Source: Armatimonadota bacterium
Lineage (GTDB): Bacteria; Armatimonadota; UBA10988
Assembly (NCBI GenBank): GCA_016235455.1
Contig: JACRKZ010000142.1
Coordinates: forward strand, 1 to 15,299
Direction: 5' to 3'
Length of the DNA: 15,299 nucleotides
The notes beneath the pieces were generated by a model. It searched no databases. It had not been told where the DNA came from and saw only the letters and a list, made by a program, of their open reading frames with translations. How positions within the stretch are numbered: the stretch's first letter is position 1; every line of letters begins with the position of its first letter. The position numbers were made by a program, and so were the translations under genes. Shown piece after piece: positions 1 to 6,136 of this stretch.

Positions 1-663
1 GCGCCGGCGGTCATTGAGGGCTGGCTAGGTCGGCGGCGTCGCCGAGAGCGCTACTATGTGGAATCGCCTACGGGGGCGCCGCCGGCGGTACGCCGTGAGC
101 CCATCGTTGGGCAAGGCATGGCAAGAGGCGAGTGGGTGTGGGGCACTACGGGTGGTGCCCTCCTCGGCCTGTTCATTGTCGGCACCGGAATGGAGTCTGC
201 GGGCCTTTGGCTGACCTCGGTGGCCGGATGGGCGGTGTGGATCGTGGCCCGGTCTCTGTGGGCGAACACATCGCCGCAAGCGCAAGGTTGGGGCGATGCG
301 ACGAGGTCCGATCCGCCGCGTTCCCGATGGGTGACGCTCAAAGCCGATGGCACAGCGCTCACGCTGCTTGACGGCGTCTATGACGGGCGACGACTCTGGG
401 CGGATCTCGTTGCCGTGCGTGGCGCAGCCAAAGAGCTTGTGCTGACCTACCACCGCTCCGGCGATCTCCACGTCCCAAGGCCCGCGCGGTACCGTAGTCA
501 GTTGCTGGACAATGTGCAAAGCATCGCCGAACGTGTCCTGGCGGCGCGCGCGGCCCAGATGGCGCGGGACGAGGCGGCGCTGGAGCGCATGGAACGCGGT
601 CTATCGCGCCCCGAGGACGACGAGCACGCCGACCGCGGGCTGAGCGTCACCGACGGCGGATAG
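1..663 (+). CDS. Array paralog 1 (5'-partial): membrane protein with putative PH-like domain and RGLS-x9-RGLS tail
   Basis: The frame of ORF 58..663 is open back to base 1 (APAVIEGWLGRRRRRERYYVESP...). PAVIEGWLG matches the family N-terminal motif, so the true start is upstream of the window. Two hydrophobic segments; ends MERGLSRPEDDEHADRGLSVTDGG. Confidence 0.75.
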   Translation, partial: APAVIEGWLGRRRRRERYYVESPTGAPPAVRREPIVGQGMARGEWVWGTTGGALLGLFIVGTGMESAGLWLTSVAGWAVWIVARSLWANTSPQAQGWGDATRSDPPRSRWVTLKADGTALTLLDGVYDGRRLWADLVAVRGAAKELVLTYHRSGDLHVPRPARYRSQLLDNVQSIAERVLAARAAQMARDEAALERMERGLSRPEDDEHADRGLSVTDGG

Positions 664-965
664 GCCCAGGCGGGGTCTGTTGTCCCGGCTTCAGCCGGCT
701 GGCGCTTGCATGGGTCGGTCAGTGCCGCTGGTGCCGGTACGCCAATCTCCAGATTGGCATCGGGTCGCAGACCCGACATTCCCAACGGCGTCGCCATCCG
801 GTCGGCCGCCGGCTGCGCCTCTGGCCGATGCCACGCGGGAGCGTACCGGTCCGGCACGGGCGGCGCTGACCGACCCACGGAAGCGCCATCGGGCTATAGC
901 CGGGACAACGAACCAGACCAGCCCCGCGAGGAGACCCGCGCCGCGCGCCGAACCGTCGGCCATGG
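604..965 (+). repeat. Junction direct repeat A, copy 1 (gene tail + palindromic element + next start)
   Basis: Aligns by eye with 1640-1910, from TCGCGCCCCGAG through the TAG stop and the palindrome to GGCCATGG. Confidence 0.9.
679..909. repeat. Nested REP/REPIN-like palindromic element, long form
   Basis: 59-bp inverted arms 679-737 and 851-909 (50/59 complementary; GTTGTCCCGGCT...AGCCGGGACAAC). They enclose hairpins GCCAATCT-CC-AGATTGGC (741-758) and TCGGGTC-GCA-GACCCGA (760-776). Confidence 0.8.
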
Positions 966-1699
966 ATGATGGGGGACCGCGACGACCGATGCAAGCAGAG
1001 CACGATCACGCCTGGCTGCCGCCGGCCGAACAGATTGCGTCCTGGCTGGGCGACTTTGGCTCGGTGGCACTGCGGCGCGAACTCACGCCACGCGAGCGCG
1101 AGTCGCTGCCGCTGCCCGAGTTCGAGTTGGCCAGGCGCACGGCGTCGATGGGCTCCTACCTGGCCGCTGGGTTTGTGCTGGTCACCGGCCTGTTGCTGCT
1201 GCTGGCGCTGGCGGCATCGGGCTTGGGCCGGGCCCAGTTGGTGTGGTGTGTCGTGATGCTCGTCCTGGCCGCAGCCACGCTACTGCCGCCGCGCGTACAC
1301 AGCGTCATCCTCGCGCGCGGGGGTCAGGTGCTGCCGCGCGCGCGACACACCGTCCAGGCCCAGTGGGGCGACATGCCGGTCGTCGTCGAGACCACGGTCT
1401 CGGCCGATGCCCGCGGGATCCGCCTGGCCACCGAAGGCTCCGAGCAGACCCTGGCCTGGGAGGAGCTGGTGGAGGTGCAGCACCACGGCGAGGACGCCCT
1501 GCTGTGCTCGGAGTATGGCGAGGCGCTGCGCCTACCCCGAACCTCGGCGCTGCGACCGGTGCTCCATGCCGCTGGCCATGTGGTGGCGGCCCGCGCCGCG
1601 CATGACCAGGCCGCAGCGGCGCGCCTGGAGCGCGGGCTGTCGCGCCCCGAGCACGACGAGCACGCCGACCGCGGGCTGAGCGTCACCGGCGGCGGTTAG
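962..1699 (+). CDS. Array paralog 2: membrane protein with putative PH-like domain and RGLS-x9-RGLS tail
   Basis: ATG 962 is positionally homologous to ATG 1907 (both in GGCCATGG, both with Trp at residue 18); ATG 989 is an alternative. Motif AWLPPAEQIASWLGDFG, TM hairpin, ADARGIRL...LAWEEL...EALRLP, tail LERGLSRPEHDEHADRGLSVTGGG. Confidence 0.8.
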   Translation: MDDGGPRRPMQAEHDHAWLPPAEQIASWLGDFGSVALRRELTPRERESLPLPEFELARRTASMGSYLAAGFVLVTGLLLLLALAASGLGRAQLVWCVVMLVLAAATLLPPRVHSVILARGGQVLPRARHTVQAQWGDMPVVVETTVSADARGIRLATEGSEQTLAWEELVEVQHHGEDALLCSEYGEALRLPRTSALRPVLHAAGHVVAARAAHDQAAAARLERGLSRPEHDEHADRGLSVTGGG

Positions 1700-1910
1700 G
1701 CTCGGGCGCGGGTTCGTTGTCCCGGCTTCAGCCGGCTGGCGCTTTCATGGGTCGGTCAGTGCCGCTGGTGCCGGCACGCCAATCTCCAGATTGGCATCGG
1801 GTCGCAGACCCGACATGCCCGACGGCGTCGCCATCCGGCCAAAGCCGGGACAACGAACCAGACCAGCCCCGCGAGGAGACCCGTACCTCGCGCCGAATCC
1901 GCGGCCATGG
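1640..1910 (+). repeat. Junction direct repeat A, copy 2 (92 bp shorter in the palindrome)
   Basis: Matches 604-965 except that 92 bp between two CGCCATC sites of copy 1 is absent. Confidence 0.9.
1711..1859. repeat. Nested REP/REPIN-like palindromic element, short form
   Basis: Perfect 17-bp terminal inverted repeat GGTTCGTTGTCCCGGCT (1711-1727) / AGCCGGGACAACGAACC (1843-1859), with the same two inner hairpins as 679-909. Confidence 0.8.
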
Positions 1911-2659
1911 CAGCCGGGGGCATGGGACAACCAGGGCAGCGCGATGATGGCGAGGCGTGGATGCCGTCGCCCGAGCAGATCGGCGCCTGGCTGGGTGGCT
2001 TCGACGGCGCGTGGTTTGTACCGCTTCGCCCGCGCGAGCCGTGGGAGCGGGCTTGGCTCGAGCGCCCCAGACCAACGAGCGAGCGTGCCCGGGCGCGCGT
2101 TGCGCTCCTACAGCTGTCGGCGGCGATTGCAGTAGCGACCGCCTTGGCGGGGTGGGCGGCCGCGGCATCCGGAGACCGGGTCCTGGGCACGGTGACCGCT
2201 GTCATGGGAATCAGCTATGTCGTGCTCGCCGTGGCGGCCACTGTTGGCCAAGTCGGTGGTGACGAGCCAAGCAATCGCGCGCCCGCCAAGCGCCAGCGCG
2301 GCCGGAGGCGTGCCAGATTGGCCGCCAGCCCGGCTACGCTGTCCGTGCACGGTGCCGGCAACCATCACTGCCTGCCCTGGAGCTCCCTCACTCGCGTCGA
2401 GACGGACGATGGCGAGACGGTACTGCACTGGTCGGATGGGGTCGTCATCCGCTTGCCAGATGACCAGGGGCTCGAACCCGTCATCAGCGTCGCCCAGCGC
2501 ATCATGGCCGCCCGCGTCGAGCAGGACGACGCTCTGCAAGCGCGCATGGAACGCGGTCTGTCGCGACCCGATGACGACCAGCGCGCCGACCGGGGCATCA
2601 GCCTCATGACTGCCGAGGAACCCGCTGAGCGCGACGAGCGTTCGATGCCAAGGGGCTGA
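1907..2659 (+). CDS. Array paralog 3: membrane protein with putative PH-like domain and RGLS-x9-RGIS tail
   Basis: AWMPSPEQIGAWLGGFDG, two hydrophobic segments, LPWSSLTRVE...VIRLPDDQGLEPVISVAQRI, tail MERGLSRPDDDQRADRGISL. ATG 1922 is an alternative start. Confidence 0.8.
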   Translation: MAAGGMGQPGQRDDGEAWMPSPEQIGAWLGGFDGAWFVPLRPREPWERAWLERPRPTSERARARVALLQLSAAIAVATALAGWAAAASGDRVLGTVTAVMGISYVVLAVAATVGQVGGDEPSNRAPAKRQRGRRRARLAASPATLSVHGAGNHHCLPWSSLTRVETDDGETVLHWSDGVVIRLPDDQGLEPVISVAQRIMAARVEQDDALQARMERGLSRPDDDQRADRGISLMTAEEPAERDERSMPRG

Positions 2660-2696
2660 CGATGCACCACGAACAACCCGCCTGGCCGCCGACGCC
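2612..2696 (+). repeat. Junction direct repeat B, copy 1 (85 bp)
   Basis: Identical to 3840-3924; encodes AEEPAERDERSMPRG-stop-CG-MHHEQPAWPPT. Confidence 0.95.
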
Positions 2697-2829
2697 GGAA
2701 CAGATTGAGTCCTGGCTGGACGACTTTGGCCCGGTGGCGCTACGGCGCGAAGTCACGCGGCCGGAGCACGACGAGCGCGCCGAGCGCGGGCTGAGCGTCA
2801 CCGGCGGCGCGGTGAGGGCAAGTCGGTGA
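2662..2829 (+). CDS. 55-aa mini-paralog (internally deleted array member; small protein or pseudogene)
   Basis: Hand translation: MHHEQPAWPPTPEQIESWLDDFGPVALRREVTRPEHDERAERGLSVTGGAVRASR*. The family N-motif is fused in frame to the C-tail. Its TGA overlaps the next GTG start (GTGA, 2826-2829). Confidence 0.65.
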   Translation: MHHEQPAWPPTPEQIESWLDDFGPVALRREVTRPEHDERAERGLSVTGGAVRASR

Positions 2830-3887
2830 CACAACGGCCGTGTGGTACCCACCGAACTGCGCGCTGGCCGGTCGGCCCCGCGCAGTTCTGCCACTGGCTG
2901 GCCGCTGAGGGCGCCGTGGTGACCGACTTACGGCGGAGCGGGCGCTCGCGCGACGACGCCGGCCCGAGCCCGTGGCTGGCCGCGATTGTTGAGCCCCCGG
3001 CTGCGGCGCGGTCGGGTCATCTGCGGATCACCATCGGTTCGGAATCCGTCCATTTCGACGGGCTACCTCAGAGCCGCTCGGTGTGCTGGGCCAATGTGGT
3101 CGGCGTTTGGCGGCGACATGGCGTGGCATTGGTGGATCTGGCCGACGGCCAGTCAGTGCAGTTGCCCGCGAACGAGCACACCGAGCCGGTCCTGCGCGTG
3201 ATCGAGCGAATTGCCCGGTTGCGCGAGACCTCGTGCCCTGCCGCCCGCGTGCCGGCTAATACGTGGGTCCCGGATGCTGCGCTGGCCAGCCAGTGGCTAC
3301 GGATCGCCGCTGTGGCTGACGAGGATCTCGACCGACGGGTCGGCAGGCGAGCCAACGGCACGGCTTGGTTGCTCGCCGTCACCATCCTCGCTACCATCGC
3401 GGTGCTGCTGTGCCCCGGTGCCGTGACGCCCGGGCGGTGGTGGGCCATGGGCAGTACGGTCGCGCTCGTAGCCATCGCCGTTGCGTCTGGTGCCCGTCGA
3501 ACGTCAGTCGCACCGGCCCAAGCTCCCCTGGTCGACCTTGCGGGCATCGTGGCAACCGATGAGGCGATGGTGTTCTCGCGGGGCGAGCGGACGGTTCGCC
3601 TGGCCTACGCAGACATCGTCAGGGTCGAACACGACGCTAGCATCGCGGCCATCGTCCTGCACGGCGGGCGCAGGCTCAGGCTGCCAAGGCGTGGGGCCCT
3701 GGAGCCGGTGATCGCCGTGGCGCAACGAATCGTCGACGAGCGCCAGCGGCTGGCGGCGCTGGTGGATGCTGATCAGGAGCGCGGCCTGTCGCCGGCAGGG
3801 CTGCACGGATCGGCCGACCGCGGCTTGAGCCGCCTGGCCGCCGAGGAACCCGCTGAGCGCGACGAGCGTTCGATGCCAAGGGGCTGA
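2826..3887 (+). CDS. Array paralog 4: longer member with two PH-like units and RGLS-x9-RGLS tail
   Basis: Two copies of the W...WL motif and two of the LP...EPV helix motif, with a TM hairpin between them. Tail QERGLSPAGLHGSADRGLSRL. GAGG at 2814-2817 precedes the GTG; start uncertain. Confidence 0.75.
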   Translation: MTQRPCGTHRTARWPVGPAQFCHWLAAEGAVVTDLRRSGRSRDDAGPSPWLAAIVEPPAAARSGHLRITIGSESVHFDGLPQSRSVCWANVVGVWRRHGVALVDLADGQSVQLPANEHTEPVLRVIERIARLRETSCPAARVPANTWVPDAALASQWLRIAAVADEDLDRRVGRRANGTAWLLAVTILATIAVLLCPGAVTPGRWWAMGSTVALVAIAVASGARRTSVAPAQAPLVDLAGIVATDEAMVFSRGERTVRLAYADIVRVEHDASIAAIVLHGGRRLRLPRRGALEPVIAVAQRIVDERQRLAALVDADQERGLSPAGLHGSADRGLSRLAAEEPAERDERSMPRG

Positions 3888-3924
3888 CGATGCACCACGA
3901 ACAACCCGCCTGGCCGCCGACGCC
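3840..3924 (+). repeat. Junction direct repeat B, copy 2 (85 bp)
   Basis: Identical to 2612-2696. Confidence 0.95.
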
Positions 3925-4630
3925 CGACCAGATCGCCCGGTGGCTGGACGGGTTCGAGCAAGCCACGCACAGCCCCGCGCCACCTCACGCCGACCGGCCC
4001 GCCGCGCCGCCGCTATCCGCGGGCGCGGTAGCCCTCGTCGTGTCGGCCGCAGCGGTCGTAGCGGTTGTTGTCTACGGCTGCGTCACCGGGCTGCTGGGCG
4101 TCCTGCACGGCATTGGGCCGGCCGTGCCGTTGATCGTGATCCTCGCCTTCGCGCTGATCTCGGCCATCGGGCGGATGGTTGAGTTCTGGACCCCGCCGTG
4201 GTCGCCCGAGTCGTCTGGCGTGGACCTGTCGGGTTGTGCCCGGTGGCTGGGCGGATGGTTGTCACCTGTGTGGTCAGCCGGGCGCCTCGGTCAGGCAGAC
4301 CACCCGCATGCCGACGCTCTGCCGGTCACCGTGCTGGCCGACGCGCAGGGCATCGAGGTCCGTACGGGCACCACCGCGCAGCGCGAGGCCTGGCTGGAAC
4401 TGATGTCGGTCCAGGACCATGGCACTGCACTCGTGCTGGTGTTCGAGTATGGCGAGGCTCTGCGCGTGCCACGCGAGGACGTCTTCGAGCCCGTGTTGAG
4501 CACCGCGCGCCACGTCGCCGCCGCCCGCGCCGCGCGGCAGGACGCGGTTCGGGACGACATGGAGCACGGCCTGTCGCGCGCGGATCTGCCGGTCGACGCC
4601 AGCCGGGGACTCAGTCGTAGAGAGCACTGA
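3890..4630 (+). CDS. Array paralog 5: membrane protein with putative PH-like domain and HGLS-x9-RGLS tail
   Basis: AWPPTPDQIARWLDGFE, two long hydrophobic helices, ADAQGIEV...AWLEL...EYGEALRVP, tail MEHGLSRADLPVDASRGLSRREH. Confidence 0.8.
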   Translation: MHHEQPAWPPTPDQIARWLDGFEQATHSPAPPHADRPAAPPLSAGAVALVVSAAAVVAVVVYGCVTGLLGVLHGIGPAVPLIVILAFALISAIGRMVEFWTPPWSPESSGVDLSGCARWLGGWLSPVWSAGRLGQADHPHADALPVTVLADAQGIEVRTGTTAQREAWLELMSVQDHGTALVLVFEYGEALRVPREDVFEPVLSTARHVAAARAARQDAVRDDMEHGLSRADLPVDASRGLSRREH

Positions 4631-4667
4631 GCGCCGTTCCATCCGACCACACCAAGGAGCATCGTCC

Positions 4668-5132
4668 ATGACCACTGACGGCACGGCCTCCGATCCCAGC
4701 ACCGGCTACCTCCGAGTCATCGCCATCTGCGTCTTCCGCGACGGCCGCCGCATCCTGGTCGGTGACGCCTGGGACCCGACCAAGCAGCAGATGTTCTATC
4801 GTCCGCCCGGCGGGCGCGTGGAGTTCGGCGAGACGAGCGAGCAGGCCCTGCGCCGCGAGATGCGCGAGGAGCTCGGCGCGGAGATCGCCGCGCCCCGGCT
4901 GCTGGGCGTGCTGGAGAACCTGTTCACGTACGACGGTGCCCAGGGTCACGAGATCGTCTTCGTGTACGACGCGCGGCTGTGCGACGAGGCACGGTACGGC
5001 GTCACGCAGTTTGACGCCGTCGAGAGCGATGGCAGCGCTTACAACGCGATCTGGCTGGACCTCGACACCATCGGGCCGGAGACGCCGCCGGTCTATCCCG
5101 GCGGGCTGCTGGAACTGCTCCCCACGCTCTGA
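4668..5132 (+). CDS. NUDIX hydrolase
   Basis: Nudix box G-RVEFG-E-TSEQALR-RE-MR-EE-LG; Shine-Dalgarno AAGGAG at 4654-4659. Confidence 0.93.
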   Translation: MTTDGTASDPSTGYLRVIAICVFRDGRRILVGDAWDPTKQQMFYRPPGGRVEFGETSEQALRREMREELGAEIAAPRLLGVLENLFTYDGAQGHEIVFVYDARLCDEARYGVTQFDAVESDGSAYNAIWLDLDTIGPETPPVYPGGLLELLPTL

Positions 5133-5161
5133 GACCAGGCCTGGTGCGGAGCCGTTCTCGG

Positions 5162-5190
5162 TTGACTCGCGCGGACGACCCATCTACCCT
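5162..5190 (+). promoter_or_regulatory. Putative sigma70-type promoter for the DUF169-like gene
   Basis: TTGACT (5162-5167), 17-bp spacer, TACCCT (5185-5190), intergenic, about 60 bp upstream of ATG 5249. Confidence 0.45.
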
Positions 5191-5248
5191 TCGGTCAAAC
5201 GATGTCGGGCGCGGGCTGAGGCCGGCCTGGAGGGAGTGAGCGAAAGCA

Positions 5249-6067
5249 ATGGCGACCCAGATCGAGGCGTTCCTGCGACCCAAGTACCCGGCCTTGGCGC
5301 TGGGCTGGCTGACGGATCCGGCCGAAGACGTGCTGGAGAAGGGGCCGCAGTGTCTGATGCACGTCCTCTGGCGGGCGGCTCGCGGCGAGCGGGTGGTCAT
5401 GGGCCAGGCCAGCCTGGGCTGCATCGCCGCGCGCGAAGGTCTGGGGCTCGATTACCCGCTGACCGACGCCTTCCCCGGCGGCCCCGACTGCTTCTACGGA
5501 TTCCTCTCGGCGGGCAATGCCGACACCGAGGCTGGTCGCGCTCTGGTGGCAGGCATGCGGGCCGGCGGCGCGCCGCGGCACTTCACCGAGCTGCTGGAGC
5601 ACGGCGAGGGCTACGTGAAGGACCGCGAACTGGTCAAGGAGTATCGCACCCACATCCCCCAGATCACGCCCGAGGGCACGCACGTCTACCTGGCGCCGCT
5701 GGACTCGCTGCCCGAGGGCGAGCAGCCGGCGCTGGTCAGCTTCCTGGTCAACGCCAACCAGCTCTCGGCGCTGACCGTCCTGGCCAACTACGCGCGACCG
5801 GGCATCGACAACGTGCGCATCCCCTTCGGCGCGGCCTGCGCCAGCCTCGGCCTGTTCCCCTTCTGGGAGGCCGCGCAGCCCAACCCCCGCGCGGTCGTCG
5901 GCCTGATCGACATCACCGCGCGTTTCCACATCCGCAAGACCCTGGGTGACGACCTCCTGAGCTTCACCGTGCCATGGTCGCTGTTCGCCGAGATGGAGGC
6001 CAACGCCGCCGAGAGCTTCCTGAGCCGCGCCGAGTGGCGCATGATCGCCGGGCTGGGCGAGGAGTAG
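5249..6067 (+). CDS. DUF169-family protein (uncharacterised, conserved Cys)
   Basis: Recognised pattern: QC...AARG...LGC..A..GLG, GEGYVK, FLVNANQLSAL..LANY, PFGAAC, VVGLIDITAR, LSFTVPW. Strong GC3 codon bias. Confidence 0.8.
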   Translation: MATQIEAFLRPKYPALALGWLTDPAEDVLEKGPQCLMHVLWRAARGERVVMGQASLGCIAAREGLGLDYPLTDAFPGGPDCFYGFLSAGNADTEAGRALVAGMRAGGAPRHFTELLEHGEGYVKDRELVKEYRTHIPQITPEGTHVYLAPLDSLPEGEQPALVSFLVNANQLSALTVLANYARPGIDNVRIPFGAACASLGLFPFWEAAQPNPRAVVGLIDITARFHIRKTLGDDLLSFTVPWSLFAEMEANAAESFLSRAEWRMIAGLGEE

Positions 6068-6110
6068 CTCGCTGCCGCCAACGACGCCTGGCCTCGCCCT
6101 CACCATCCGC

Positions 6111-6116
6111 TACAAT
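6111..6116 (+). promoter_or_regulatory. Possible -10 element
   Basis: TACAAT in an otherwise GC-rich spacer, 20 nt upstream of ATG 6137; no convincing -35. Confidence 0.3.
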
Positions 6117-6136
6117 GCACGCCACAGGCAGATCCC

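Noticed and set aside
58-60. GTG start of the first ORF
   Set aside because: The frame is open to base 1 and contains the family N-motif upstream of 58.
679-909. Integron attC site between cassette-like genes
   Set aside because: The element reads GTT...AAC, the reverse of the attC order (RYYYAAC...GTTRRRY). At 231 bp it is longer than typical attC sites, it occurs at only two junctions, and no integrase is visible.
680-961. N-terminal extension of ORF 680..1699 and ORF 1717..1947
   Set aside because: These are translations of the palindromic repeat from TTG starts; family homology begins after ATG 962.
604-3924. CRISPR array or diversity-generating retroelement explaining the repeats
   Set aside because: Repeats are 85-360 bp, come in pairs and overlap coding sequence. 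No regular spacers, cas genes or reverse transcriptase, and the mismatches are not adenine-specific.
4668-5132. Nudix gene as a component of the paralog array system
   Set aside because: Only adjacency (37-bp gap, same strand) supports it; no shared motifs or repeats. Needs synteny data.
5134-5145. 12-bp palindrome ACCAGGCCTGGT after the Nudix stop
   Set aside because: No loop or U-tract, single copy; could be an operator near the putative promoter, but is unsupported.
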